Below are positions 47,677-57,563 of a stretch of 64,000 bases of DNA, piece after piece. Every line of letters starts with the position of its first letter. The first letter of the stretch is position 1. The stretch is from NCBI GenBank assembly GCA_964449255.1, contig CAYUYE010000002.1, positions 250,318-314,317 on the forward strand, read 5' to 3'. The DNA is from an uncultured Nitrospira sp. (GTDB lineage: Bacteria; Nitrospirota; Nitrospiria; Nitrospirales; Nitrospiraceae). The translations under genes were made by a program, and so were the position numbers. A model generated the notes under the pieces. It was given only the letters and a program-made list of their open reading frames with translations, made no database searches and had not been told where the DNA came from.

Positions 47677-47835
47677 AGGTGCCGCTCTTGCTCGAGGAGA
47701 CCATGCGGTCTTGGCTCAAGGCCACACCGCATCTGCCCCTATTCTACCGCCAAATTAGGCCGGCGGAATGACATTAGGCGCCTATAATCTGCAGGGTGGC
47801 CGGGGGTTGCAGCGAGAAGGGATGTGAGGTGGCCC

Positions 47836-48492
47836 CTACCGGTCTTGCCGCACTTCGTTTGCCAGCTCATCCGGATTATCCGGTTTGGCTGGGTAATAGG
47901 TGGCCAGCAATTGTCCGCACTCGGCAATGGCCTGGCAGAGGGTCTCTACCGGAGGGGCCTGCCGCATCCCATCCACGATGTGATCGACCACTCGTTCCCA
48001 CGTTCCGGCGGGCACCCGTTCGTTGATCCCCCGATCGGCCAGGATCTGAACGCGCCGTTCAAGGAGCGACAGCAGGATAAGGATGCCGGTGCCATCGCGC
48101 GTGCGCGGGATGCCGTGGTGATGAAATGCCAGTTGCGCGCGCAGCGATACCTTGGCGCGGCGCCGTTCGTCTGACGTCAACCATCGAATCACCGGGGGCG
48201 TGCTGCCGATCAACGTGCCGAATAGATACGCGCCGACCGTGGCCAGCAGGGTCCATCCGGGATGAGCGAACGACCAACCCCAGCCGCCCCACCAGTAGTC
48301 CCAGCAGAGGGTCAATGCCAGGATGAGCAGACCCACGATGAGACCGGCGACGTGTCGAGTCTCGCGGTAGTGGCCCGAGGAACGGACGACGACCGGAACG
48401 ATTTCGCCCTGGGTGCCGCGCTCCGCATGCCGTACGGCGTCCCGAATCTGCGCCTGTTCCGATGCCGAAAAGATCTCCATCTCCTTCACCAT
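47836..48492 (-). CDS. TPM-domain (DUF477-type) membrane protein
   Basis: It has FSASEQAQIRDAVRHAERGTQGEIVPVV, then TM segments, then GILILLSLLERRVQILADRGI. The start was moved to ATG 48492. Confidence 0.65.
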   Translation of the reverse strand: MVKEMEIFSASEQAQIRDAVRHAERGTQGEIVPVVVRSSGHYRETRHVAGLIVGLLILALTLCWDYWWGGWGWSFAHPGWTLLATVGAYLFGTLIGSTPPVIRWLTSDERRRAKVSLRAQLAFHHHGIPRTRDGTGILILLSLLERRVQILADRGINERVPAGTWERVVDHIVDGMRQAPPVETLCQAIAECGQLLATYYPAKPDNPDELANEVRQDR

Positions 48493-49403
48493 TCGCCTGA
48501 CGCGCCGCCTCCGCCGAAGTCGCCGCCGCCACCTGAAAACACATCGCCGCCGCTCGAGCCGTAGCCTCCGCCGCGGCTCCATCCGCCCGTCGGCCACGGA
48601 TCGTACCAGCCCGGTCCCCAGTCGCGTGTGCGGCGTGCGTTGCGCATCGACCCCTGAAAGATAGTCGATAGCAGCCAGGCGCCGAACCCGCCCAATCCCG
48701 CGGCAAGGGCAATGAGGATCAAACCCGCTGGAATCGAGAGGAGTCCGGCCAGCCCGGCACCGACGAGGCTGCCAAGGGGGCGATATTGTGCCGCGATCAT
48801 TCCGCCGACGAACGTACCGACAACCACACCCACGAGGATCTGGCCGAGGCCATCTCCGGATGTAGCGGGGGCGGGACTCGGCGTCTCGAGGGACGAGGGC
48901 TCTTTATCAAGAACCTTCTGTAACGCGTCCAGCCCGGCCGTCACGCCCCCTGAGAAATCGCCCGTGCGAAATCTGGGAATGATCTGTTGTCGAATAATGC
49001 GCGAGGCGACCACGTCCGGCAGGGCGCCTTCCAATCCATAACCCACTTCGAACCGCACGCGGCGGTCGCCTGGAACCACTAAGAGGAGCGCACCGTTGTC
49101 CTGTTGTTTGGTGCCCAGGTGCCAGGTGGTGGTTACTCGGTGCGAGAAGGCCTCGAGCGATTCACCCTGCAGGGAGGGAATCGTCAAGACGGCGATCTGT
49201 GTGCCGGTGCGGGACTCGTAGGCGGCGAGTTGCGATGTGAGGCGCGCCTCGACATCGGGGGAAAGAATCTGGGCCTGATCGACGATGCGTCCCGTCAGCG
49301 GCGGGACGTCGAGGGCGACACAGAGTGGAGTGAAGGCCAGTGTTAAGGGTACGGTCAATAAAACGGAAAACAGCGCCTGTCTGAGTATCCCCACATTCCT
49401 CAA
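48486..49403 (-). CDS. TPM-domain protein (YgcG-like) with Gly-rich C-terminal tail
   Basis: A signal peptide is followed by LTGRIVDQAQILSPDVEARL...TGTQIAVLTIPSL and VRFEVGYGLEG, then TM segments and a GGGxxGGG tail. Confidence 0.75.
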   Translation of the reverse strand: MRNVGILRQALFSVLLTVPLTLAFTPLCVALDVPPLTGRIVDQAQILSPDVEARLTSQLAAYESRTGTQIAVLTIPSLQGESLEAFSHRVTTTWHLGTKQQDNGALLLVVPGDRRVRFEVGYGLEGALPDVVASRIIRQQIIPRFRTGDFSGGVTAGLDALQKVLDKEPSSLETPSPAPATSGDGLGQILVGVVVGTFVGGMIAAQYRPLGSLVGAGLAGLLSIPAGLILIALAAGLGGFGAWLLSTIFQGSMRNARRTRDWGPGWYDPWPTGGWSRGGGYGSSGGDVFSGGGGDFGGGGASGEW

Positions 49404-49433
49404 CGTGCCCTCAGCGTTTGTTTGAGTCTCGCG

Positions 49434-50030
49434 TTAGAACTTCACCTCCGGCGGCTTGGCCACGCCCTTTTCGTCCGCGACGGTGAAGTTGGGTTTTGGC
49501 TCGAGATGCAGCAAGAACTTGGCCGTCAAATTGGTTGGGAAGTAACGGACGGCCTTGTTGAACTCGGCGACCTTGTCGATGTAGCGCTTGCGGGCGACGG
49601 TGATCCGATTCTCGGTCCCTTCGAGCTGGCTTTGGAGATCGCGAAAACTTTCGTTCGCTTTCAAGTCGGGATATTTTTCGACGACGACCATCAAGCGAGA
49701 GAGCGCCGAGGACAGGTCGGACTGCACTTGCTGAAATTTCTTGAACGCGGCCTCGTCCTTGAGTAACTCTGGTGTGGCCCTAATACCGGTTGCGGCCGCC
49801 CTCGCATTGGTGACGGCTTCCAGCGTCTCTTTCTCATGGGCCGCATAACCCTTGACCGTGTTGACGAGATTCGGGATGAGGTCAGCTCGCCGTTGATATT
49901 GGTTGATGACCTCGCTCCACGCCGCGTTCGTATCCTCGTCCAGACCCTGAATCTCGTTGTAGCCGCAGCCGGAAGTCCCGGCGAGGGCGAGGATCAGCAG
50001 CCATGACATCGGGCGCATTCGTATCCGCAT
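49434..50030 (-). CDS. LemA-family protein
   Basis: It has a lipoprotein-like N-terminus (LAGTSGCGYNE) and LemA motifs (QRRADLIPNLVNTVKGYAAHE, RITVARKRYIDKV). The start was moved to ATG 50030. Confidence 0.85.
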   Translation of the reverse strand: MRIRMRPMSWLLILALAGTSGCGYNEIQGLDEDTNAAWSEVINQYQRRADLIPNLVNTVKGYAAHEKETLEAVTNARAAATGIRATPELLKDEAAFKKFQQVQSDLSSALSRLMVVVEKYPDLKANESFRDLQSQLEGTENRITVARKRYIDKVAEFNKAVRYFPTNLTAKFLLHLEPKPNFTVADEKGVAKPPEVKF

Positions 50031-50318
50031 GGAATCGGCCTCCTTCGTGCGATGCCCACCGCCATGAATCTCGAACATACGTAAAATGACAATAGGACCG
50101 TCATCCGGGTGTGTCAAGGGCGGTCCCGGCGGCGCTGGGCGCTGAATGCCCCATTGTTCCCCAACGGTGTGTGGATGTGCCGACACCAGTTGGGGCGCCA
50201 TGCGACAGGGCGGGCTGTAACCCTGTGACGCATCAGTAGTCCCATCGGCGGCATTCTCATTGCTAACCTCTAGCCTGAATGTGCCTGTTCATAGGTAGGC
50301 GCGCCGAGGAGGTCATGG

Positions 50319-51719
50319 ATGACGATGGATAGCCGGCAACTCGGTCATTCGCAGTTGGTCGGCGACGAGACCGCGCAGATTGACGACCACGGGGTATCCA
50401 GTCTGCGCTGCTTCTCCTTCCTCCAGGATGTGTTGGCCGACTTTCACCCGAGGGACTTCGCCGTTCGCTGCTGGGATGGCCGCGTGTGGCCCGCCGAACC
50501 TGGCCAACCGACTCGGTTCACGCTGGTGCTGACCCATCCCGGCGCAGTCCGCGCCCTGTTTCTCCATCCGAGCGAAACCGCCGTGACCGAGGCGTTCTTG
50601 AATCAGGACTGCGACGTAGAAGGCGACCTCGAAGCGGCCACCGTCTTGGGGAGATTCTTGAAGGATCGCCGATGGGATGTTGGGTTGCTCCTGTGTCACG
50701 CGCCGTGGTTGTGGGGCCTGCCTAGTCGAAATCCTGGCGAGAGTCCTGGCCCGAGCCTTGAACCTGAGGGCTGCCAACGCGCGTCGCTTGGGGGAGCCCT
50801 GCACTCCAAAACACGCGATCGGCGGGCCGTCTCCTATCACTACGATGCGTCGAATGAATTTTACGCGCTCTGGTTGGATCGACGCATGGTCTATTCCTGT
50901 GCCTATTTTGAGCAAGCTCAAGAGAGCCTCGAAATCGCCCAAGCACGCAAGCTCGACTATGTCTGCAGGAAACTACGGCTGAAACCGGGCGACCGGCTGC
51001 TGGATATCGGCTGCGGCTGGGGCGGGTTGATCCAACACGCCGCGGAACATTATGGCGTGCAGGCCATCGGCATCACGTTGAGCACGCGACAGGCGGAATG
51101 GGCGAATCAGCGCATTCGAGAGCGACAACTGGTCGGGGTCTGTCGGGTGGAGGTTCGCGACTACCGGGATCTGCCCTCGGACGGGCGATACGACAAAATC
51201 GTCAGCATCGGAATGGTCGAGCACGTCGGCACGACGCGATTGCCTTCGTACTTCGGTGCCGTATGGGAGGCGTTGTGTCCCGGGGGCGTCTTCCTGAATC
51301 ATGGGATCGCCGCCCGCGCGGGAATGCCCGGCCAGCATAGCGAGTTCATCGATCGGTACGTGTTTCCGGATACGGAGCTGCCGCCGCTGGATGACACGGT
51401 CCGCGAGGCGGAACGGGTGGGGTTCCACGTCCGCGACGTCGAGAGCCTGCGGGAGCACTACGGCTTGACCCTGCGCCGCTGGCTGCGCCGCCTGGAGGCT
51501 CGCCATGACGAAGCGGCGGCGCTGCTCGGAGAAAAGGGGTACCGAGTCTGGCGGTTGTATTTGGCGTCCTGTGCGCACGGGTTTCACGCGGGCCTGTTCG
51601 ACGTGTATCAGACTCTGCTCTCCAAACCGTTTCACGGTGTGAGCGGGTTGCCGCTCACACGCGAAGATTGGTACCGGCCGACTGCAGACGAGGCCCGCTG
51701 CCTTTCGGCAGCCGGTTGA
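50319..51719 (+). CDS. cyclopropane-fatty-acyl-phospholipid synthase-family SAM-dependent methyltransferase
   Basis: It has YHYDASNEFYALWLDRRMVYSCAYF and LLDIGCGWGG motifs. Confidence 0.85.
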   Translation: MTMDSRQLGHSQLVGDETAQIDDHGVSSLRCFSFLQDVLADFHPRDFAVRCWDGRVWPAEPGQPTRFTLVLTHPGAVRALFLHPSETAVTEAFLNQDCDVEGDLEAATVLGRFLKDRRWDVGLLLCHAPWLWGLPSRNPGESPGPSLEPEGCQRASLGGALHSKTRDRRAVSYHYDASNEFYALWLDRRMVYSCAYFEQAQESLEIAQARKLDYVCRKLRLKPGDRLLDIGCGWGGLIQHAAEHYGVQAIGITLSTRQAEWANQRIRERQLVGVCRVEVRDYRDLPSDGRYDKIVSIGMVEHVGTTRLPSYFGAVWEALCPGGVFLNHGIAARAGMPGQHSEFIDRYVFPDTELPPLDDTVREAERVGFHVRDVESLREHYGLTLRRWLRRLEARHDEAAALLGEKGYRVWRLYLASCAHGFHAGLFDVYQTLLSKPFHGVSGLPLTREDWYRPTADEARCLSAAG

Positions 51720-51791
51720 CGCTCCCCACGTAAAGGCCTATAAGCATTTGCCACGGGTGGGACTGCTCACAATCGGCAATGGAGGCTGGGC

Positions 51792-52868
51792 ATGAAGCGA
51801 AACGCGGTGCGAGTGGGACTGCTGGTCTGCTGTGTCGTCGGCAGCGGTTGGCTTGGGACGTCGTATTTCGCGGCGGTTGCCGCGCATGAGTTGGGAGAAG
51901 CTGGCTGGCCGTTGATCACCGTGGACGGAGTGACGGTGCCGGACATCGGTCCGCTCCCGATGAACGTGCCGATTCCACCGGGCAACCTCAATTACAAGGG
52001 GAAGGTCGCACTCGGCACGCAGCTGTATTTCGACGGGCGCCTCTCGAAGAACGGGGCGATCTCCTGCGCCTTTTGCCATACACCGGGAGCCGGTTTTGCC
52101 GACCCTCGCCAGACCTCGATCGGCATTGACGGCAAAGTCGGCGGGCGCCAGGCGCCGACGGTCTTCAATACGGCGTTTAATCCCATTCAATTTTGGGACG
52201 GACGGGCCGGCACGTTGGAAGAACAGGCCATCGGCCCGATCCACAATCCGATTGAAATGGGCGAGACCCACGAAAACGTCGTCAAGAAGTTGAACAAAAT
52301 CGCCGGCTATCGAGAGCAATTTCGCGCCGTGTTTGGAACCGACGTGAGCCTCCAGGGTATTGCCGAAGCGATTGCGGCCTACGAGCGTACGGTGCTGTCG
52401 ACGAATTCCGCGTTCGACAAATACTTGGCGGGCGACAAGGCCGCCATAGGTGACTCGGCTGTTCGCGGCCTGGCGTTGTTCAAAAGCAAGGCCCGATGCA
52501 TTCTCTGTCACTATGGTCCCAATTTCACCGACAATGGATTCCACAATCTCGGCGTGCCGCAGGTCGGGCCGTTGAAGGAAGACCTTGGGCGCTACGCGGT
52601 CACGCGGATGGACTCCGACAAAGCCGCCTTCAAGACGCCGACGCTCCGTAGCATCGCGCAAACCGCCCCCTACATGCACGATGGAGCGTTCAAGACGCTG
52701 GAGGAGGTGATCGACTTTCTCAACGGAGGCGGCGGGGCCAACCCTCAATTGGACCCCTTCGTGAAGCCGCTCAATCTGTCTGCGGAGGAGAAGGCCGATC
52801 TCCTGGCTTTTCTCCAGGCACTGACCGGGGAGCCCATCAAATTCGAGTTTCCGAAGCTGCCCAAATAA
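51792..52868 (+). CDS. di-haem cytochrome c peroxidase (CcpA/MauG family)
   Basis: Two CxxCH motifs (CAFCH, CILCH) are present, with the FWDGRA motif and a signal peptide. Confidence 0.85.
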   Translation: MKRNAVRVGLLVCCVVGSGWLGTSYFAAVAAHELGEAGWPLITVDGVTVPDIGPLPMNVPIPPGNLNYKGKVALGTQLYFDGRLSKNGAISCAFCHTPGAGFADPRQTSIGIDGKVGGRQAPTVFNTAFNPIQFWDGRAGTLEEQAIGPIHNPIEMGETHENVVKKLNKIAGYREQFRAVFGTDVSLQGIAEAIAAYERTVLSTNSAFDKYLAGDKAAIGDSAVRGLALFKSKARCILCHYGPNFTDNGFHNLGVPQVGPLKEDLGRYAVTRMDSDKAAFKTPTLRSIAQTAPYMHDGAFKTLEEVIDFLNGGGGANPQLDPFVKPLNLSAEEKADLLAFLQALTGEPIKFEFPKLPK

Positions 52869-52926
52869 ACGATGAATCCTTTTTGGGGGCGATGACTCTT
52901 AAAGAGCAGGTCCCATAGCAGACAGG

Positions 52927-52946
52927 CCGGCTGCGGCAGCAGCCGG
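52927..52946 (+). terminator. GC-rich hairpin (possible terminator/processing site) between ccp and the DUF1264 gene
   Basis: It is an 8-bp stem CCGGCTGC / GCAGCCGG with a 4-nt loop, and no T tract follows. Confidence 0.3.
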
Positions 52947-52975
52947 GTGAACTCATTCTCACCTCAGGAGGCGGT

Positions 52976-53488
52976 ATGGTACGACAGACACTCATGCTCG
53001 TGGCGGTTGGCGCCCTGTTGGGCGGTTGCGCAGAACATGCCCACACGATGGCGGCGGCCAAGCCAACCCCTGCGACGGGGTTTGACATCCATGTGATGGC
53101 CCCACACAAGTTCGAAGACGGGACGGTCCATGGCCCGTATCATCACTACTGTAAGGCCATCAAGCCGGAAGTACTGCAGTGTCTCTTGTTTGAAACCACG
53201 GCTCCGGATGCGTTGTTGACGGACGTCGAGTATTTCATCGCCAAGCCGGTGTCTCGTGCGGCGGTCGACCTCGACACGTGGAATAAGTTCTATCACGACC
53301 ACGACGTCGAGATTCAGACGGGCCGCGTCCAGGTGTTGGACATGCCGGACGCCCAGGCGAAGGAGATTGCGGCGGCGGCAGCCAAGACCGACGGCATCAT
53401 TTTCCACCTCTGGCCGGATGGCAAGAAGGCGCCCGACGGCAATGTCGGACATCCGCAATCGGTCGGCCACAAGCATCGGACCGAGTAA
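52976..53488 (+). CDS. DUF1264 (OBAP-like) protein, secreted/lipoprotein-like
   Basis: It shows the HHYCK...QCLLFE...VEYFI...YHDHDVEIQTG pattern of DUF1264, with an N-terminal LLGGC lipobox-like segment. Confidence 0.55.
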   Translation: MVRQTLMLVAVGALLGGCAEHAHTMAAAKPTPATGFDIHVMAPHKFEDGTVHGPYHHYCKAIKPEVLQCLLFETTAPDALLTDVEYFIAKPVSRAAVDLDTWNKFYHDHDVEIQTGRVQVLDMPDAQAKEIAAAAAKTDGIIFHLWPDGKKAPDGNVGHPQSVGHKHRTE

Positions 53489-53569
53489 GCTGCGATTTGA
53501 CGGTCAAGAGCGGAGGCCGTTCCTCACGAACGCCTCCGCTTTTTTTCTGAACGGCAAGGAAGACACTCG

Positions 53570-54022
53570 ATGGGCAACGCGTTTACCGGTGGGAGCCTGG
53601 GTTTGGTGCTGGTCTTGTCGGCCGGCGCCGCCTTGGCCACCAACGGTGAGATCTTGAGACCGCGCGTGCCTGCGGATCACATTGAGGCGGCCAAGCAGGT
53701 CAAGAATCCCTTTCCGGCCACGGCGGAACACATCGCGCAAGGTCAGAAGCTCTTCGAGGGGAAGGCCTTCTGCGCAGCCTGTCATGGGCGAGACGGCAAA
53801 GGCCTCGGCGCTGACCTGGATTACTCGACGTTCAAGGGGCCGCTCCCGAGGAACTTTACCGACAAGGTGTGGCAGGCGGCGCGGAGCGACGGCGAATTGT
53901 TCTGGATCTTGAACAACGGCAGTCCGGGGACCGACATGGCGCCGTTTGTCCCGCTGGTACTGACCGAAGAAGAAGCGTGGCACGTGTTGCTCTACGTCCG
54001 GTCCTTTGGCCGCTCTGAATAG
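53570..54022 (+). CDS. class I c-type cytochrome
   Basis: It has a signal peptide, a single CAACH haem motif and a downstream Met (GTDMAPF). Confidence 0.8.
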   Translation: MGNAFTGGSLGLVLVLSAGAALATNGEILRPRVPADHIEAAKQVKNPFPATAEHIAQGQKLFEGKAFCAACHGRDGKGLGADLDYSTFKGPLPRNFTDKVWQAARSDGELFWILNNGSPGTDMAPFVPLVLTEEEAWHVLLYVRSFGRSE

Positions 54023-54036
54023 CATCAGCCGCCGGC

Positions 54037-55044
54037 ATGACCCGCGCGCGCTCACGACTCCGGCTCTGGTTTCTGGCGATGAGCGTCCTTGCGGCAACCC
54101 CTGCGCCGGCCCACGCCGGTGAGTGGTCGGCGGTCGTCGGGAACAAAACGGTCTACACCGACAACGTCTTTGAGTTTTCCGCCGCGCGCCGTCTCACCCT
54201 CTCGGAAGACCCGAGTCAACCAACGGTCGTCCCGGTGAACCGCCCATCCGATGTCGTGTGGGAGCCCTATGTCGAGCTGAATCGCTCGTTCGATCATGGC
54301 CGGTCCAAGACCGAGATTTCGGCCAAGGCGCAAGGCTTTCTCTTCACCAACAATTCGGCTTTCAACCACGGCATGTATCGCATTCAGGCGCGGCACACCG
54401 TTACGCCCGATACGTCCCTGTTGATTCGGTATCGGTACACGCCGGATCTGTTTCTCGGCCCGAATACCGAGCGCCGAACTGGTCTGGGGCTATCGGAAGA
54501 GGAACGTGTGACGTCGCATGTGTGGCGGGTCCAGCTGGAGCAGCGGTTGTCCGACGCCTGGCGTGGGACGCTCATCGCACGCTACGGTCTCCGCCAGTTT
54601 AATGCGGCGTTCGCCGAACGCGATACGACGTTCTGGACCATGGGGCCGCAGTTTAGCTATCAGGGCTTTTCGCGAGTGGTGCTGACGGCCGGGTATCTCT
54701 ACGAGCGGGGGGTGGCCGATGGCCGTGACGACGTGCAATTCAGGGACGACGTGTCCTATCACCAACACGTCGTCGTGGCGGGGGCCACGGTGAAGCTCGC
54801 CGAACGCGTGAGCCTGGACCTAGGCTACTTCTATCGACGCAAATTGTTTACAAGCACGATTCTCGGGGATTCAAATAACGGCCTCCGAGACAATACGCAT
54901 CAGGGTACGGCCGGATTGCGCTACCAGGCGACTCCGGCCATGGCCGTCACGTTTGACTATCAACGGACCCAACGGGATTCAAATGCCGCCCAGCGCGGCT
55001 TCTTCAGTAACAACGTGGCCCTCGGCCTCGATTACCGCTTCTAA
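54037..55044 (+). CDS. outer-membrane beta-barrel protein (unknown family)
   Basis: The signal peptide is ...AATPAPAHA, with alternating beta-strand pattern and a C-terminal LGLDYRF. Confidence 0.5.
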   Translation: MTRARSRLRLWFLAMSVLAATPAPAHAGEWSAVVGNKTVYTDNVFEFSAARRLTLSEDPSQPTVVPVNRPSDVVWEPYVELNRSFDHGRSKTEISAKAQGFLFTNNSAFNHGMYRIQARHTVTPDTSLLIRYRYTPDLFLGPNTERRTGLGLSEEERVTSHVWRVQLEQRLSDAWRGTLIARYGLRQFNAAFAERDTTFWTMGPQFSYQGFSRVVLTAGYLYERGVADGRDDVQFRDDVSYHQHVVVAGATVKLAERVSLDLGYFYRRKLFTSTILGDSNNGLRDNTHQGTAGLRYQATPAMAVTFDYQRTQRDSNAAQRGFFSNNVALGLDYRF

Positions 55045-55210
55045 TTTCCCAGTCAAGGCAGAATGGCGAGAGCTAGAGCTGCTTGTCCCCCGGCAGCCCT
55101 CTCAACGCTCTTGGGGTGCTGCGAGAGATGCGGAAGCGAGAGGCCAATGTCTCCCCTGTATCGATCACATACTCCTTGAGGATTGTCGCGAGACGCCCTA
55201 GAACAGCCTT

Positions 55211-56401
55211 GTGGCTACTGAGACTCCCTCCGGCACCATCCATCTTGCAGCGCAGGGCCAGGCTCGCATTCTCGCGGGCCACCCCTGGCTGTACGAATCC
55301 GACATCGCCTCCGTTGAAGGCACGCCGCAGCCCGGTGATGTCGTGGAGGTCCTGGCCTCTCACGGCCAGTCGGTCGGTCGAGGGCTGTATAGTCCTCAAT
55401 CGAAAATCCCTGTGCGTCTGCTCACGAGAAGTCAGGAGGCCATCGGCGACACATTCTGGCGTACACGCATACAGGCTGCGGTGGCACTGCGGAAACAGGT
55501 CGTCTCAGGCACAACAGCCTATCGCCTCGTCCATGCCGACGGCGACGGGCTCCCCGGTCTGATTGTCGACCGTTACGGAGAGGTGCTCGTGATGCAATGT
55601 GTGACCGTCGGCATTAATCGGCGACGAGAGACACTGGCCGATCTGTTGTTGTCTCTCACCGGGGCGACTGCGGTCTACCTTCGCAATGATTCGCCCGCGC
55701 AGACCCGTGAGGGCCTGACGAGCGAACGCATGTTTCTCCGCGGCAGCAGCGCGACCGCGATGGAAATCCGGGAAGGTCCCGCGCGATTCATCGTGGATAT
55801 CGCAGCCGGACAGAAGACAGGGTGGTTTTGCGATCAGCGGGATAACCGCCTCGCTGTCGCGGCGATCTCCAAAGGCAAGGACGTGTTGGACGCCTTCTGT
55901 CACACGGGAGGTTTTGGTGTGCAGGCGGCTATGGCCGGCGCGCGGTCGGTGTCCGGCCTCGACGCCAGCCGCCCCGCGGTCGAGCAAGCCCGCGCCCACG
56001 CCGTCCTCAACCAGGTCTCGCCTATCTGTGATTTCCGGAGCGGCGATGCGGCCGAGGCCCTCAAAAAGCTCGGGCGTTCGCGCAAACGTTTCGATGTGGT
56101 GATTCTCGACCCACCGGCCTTCGCCAAACGCCGCTCCGTGCGGGGCTCCGCGCTAGAAGGCTACCAACATCTCAACGCCCTGGCGTTGCCGCTCATCAGA
56201 CAAGGCGGGACGCTCGTGACCTGCTCTTGCTCCCACCATGTCAGTGAAACGGATCTCTGCGCTGTCGTCGAAGCCGCCGCGCGCCGCGCCCGTCGCCGCA
56301 TCAAGATCCTCGACCGCCGCGGCGCCGGGCCCGATCATCCAATCAACCCTGACGTGCCGGAGACGCGCTACCTGACCTGTTTGCTCGTGGCTGTCTCATA
56401 A
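55211..56401 (+). CDS. rlmI: 23S rRNA m5C1962 methyltransferase RlmI-like (PUA + class I SAM MTase)
   Basis: It has GHPWLYESDI (PUA), VLDAFCHTGGFG and DVVILDPPAFAK motifs. Confidence 0.8.
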   Translation: MATETPSGTIHLAAQGQARILAGHPWLYESDIASVEGTPQPGDVVEVLASHGQSVGRGLYSPQSKIPVRLLTRSQEAIGDTFWRTRIQAAVALRKQVVSGTTAYRLVHADGDGLPGLIVDRYGEVLVMQCVTVGINRRRETLADLLLSLTGATAVYLRNDSPAQTREGLTSERMFLRGSSATAMEIREGPARFIVDIAAGQKTGWFCDQRDNRLAVAAISKGKDVLDAFCHTGGFGVQAAMAGARSVSGLDASRPAVEQARAHAVLNQVSPICDFRSGDAAEALKKLGRSRKRFDVVILDPPAFAKRRSVRGSALEGYQHLNALALPLIRQGGTLVTCSCSHHVSETDLCAVVEAAARRARRRIKILDRRGAGPDHPINPDVPETRYLTCLLVAVS

Positions 56402-56467
56402 GCGTGAACGATTGAACTGGACGCACTGGACGTCTGATCATGCTCGACCGAGCGGTGAGTCGCCGCG

Positions 56468-57364
56468 TTAGGCGTTCACCGGCTCGATGAATCTGTTGAT
56501 GACCCAGCCTTCCAGGTCGGTCTCGTCGCTGACGTCGACTTTGGTCCAGCGCGCGCCTTTTTCCAGCACAAATACTTCGGCGCGCTTGGGCAGCGGATCC
56601 CCTGCGAGGGGAAACTCGGTCCCCGGTCCCGTGCGGATGTTCAGGGCCTCCGCCACAACCCGGACGCGTTCCCGTTCGTCCGCTCGCCGCCCCAGCACTC
56701 GTGAACGGATATGTTCCAGTGGAAAGGCCGGCCCGGGGTCACGCTTGCGGTCTGGGGCCACATCTTCGTGGCCGATGACGTCGCGGAGGTCGTAGGTGTG
56801 GACGAGCAGGAGAGCCAGCTCGAGGGCACGTTGAATTTGAATCTCCGTGTAGGCGTGCCACCACTTAGGGGTCTGATCCAATCGGTGCTTGGCATGGAGT
56901 GCCTGATCGCGCGGATATTCAGCCCCGAACCAGGCTTTCAGAGTGTCGCCCTGTGCCGTGAGCGGACCCGCATTGTCCATCTCAATCCCAATCGCATGGC
57001 CGTTGAGGCCGCTCAGGCCCTCCCACTGACTCACGCCGGCGTGCCAGGTCTTGACGTTAAAGGGGGCGAGCTGGGTGATGCGACCGTCGCGGGCGATCAC
57101 GAGATGGGCGGAGGCCTGGGAAAGGGGGTTGCACAGCCAGTCGCAGGACGCCTGGGCGTTTCGCCCAGCCGTGTAGTGAAAGATCAAATAAGCGGGTGTG
57201 ATGGGCTCACCGCGGTTGGGCGTGTCGCGAAAGGTCACCCCCGGCCCCTTCAGACGATGCCGTTCAACGATATAGGGCTGGACGGATTTCAGCATCGTTC
57301 TGGAGGCCGGCCCTCCTCTCGATCTCTGTTTGGGACGTTGGCGCTTGCGGGTTGATCGGCGCAT
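56468..57364 (-). CDS. N-acetylmuramoyl-L-alanine amidase (Amidase_2/AmpD-type) with C-terminal SH3b-like domain
   Basis: It has IFHYTAG, HLVIARDG and GHEDVAPDRKRDPGPAF motifs and a C-terminal LNIRTGPGTEF...WTKV SH3b pattern. There is no signal peptide. The start is uncertain (57364 or 57295). Confidence 0.75.
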   Translation of the reverse strand: MRRSTRKRQRPKQRSRGGPASRTMLKSVQPYIVERHRLKGPGVTFRDTPNRGEPITPAYLIFHYTAGRNAQASCDWLCNPLSQASAHLVIARDGRITQLAPFNVKTWHAGVSQWEGLSGLNGHAIGIEMDNAGPLTAQGDTLKAWFGAEYPRDQALHAKHRLDQTPKWWHAYTEIQIQRALELALLLVHTYDLRDVIGHEDVAPDRKRDPGPAFPLEHIRSRVLGRRADERERVRVVAEALNIRTGPGTEFPLAGDPLPKRAEVFVLEKGARWTKVDVSDETDLEGWVINRFIEPVNA

Positions 57365-57563
57365 GGGTCAGTCCGCCTTCTTGTGTGAGATGCGATGGTG
57401 GTCGGTAATCTACTGGAGCAGTCGCAAAGCCTGTACCACCGGATTCGGCTGTCCTGGGCGGCCCAGTCGAGGAGGAAACAGCCCGATGTCATTGAAATCG
57501 CAATGGCTTGTCGGTGCTAGGACAGGGCGAACTCTTCGAAATGTATCTAATTTTTCGGCCGGC

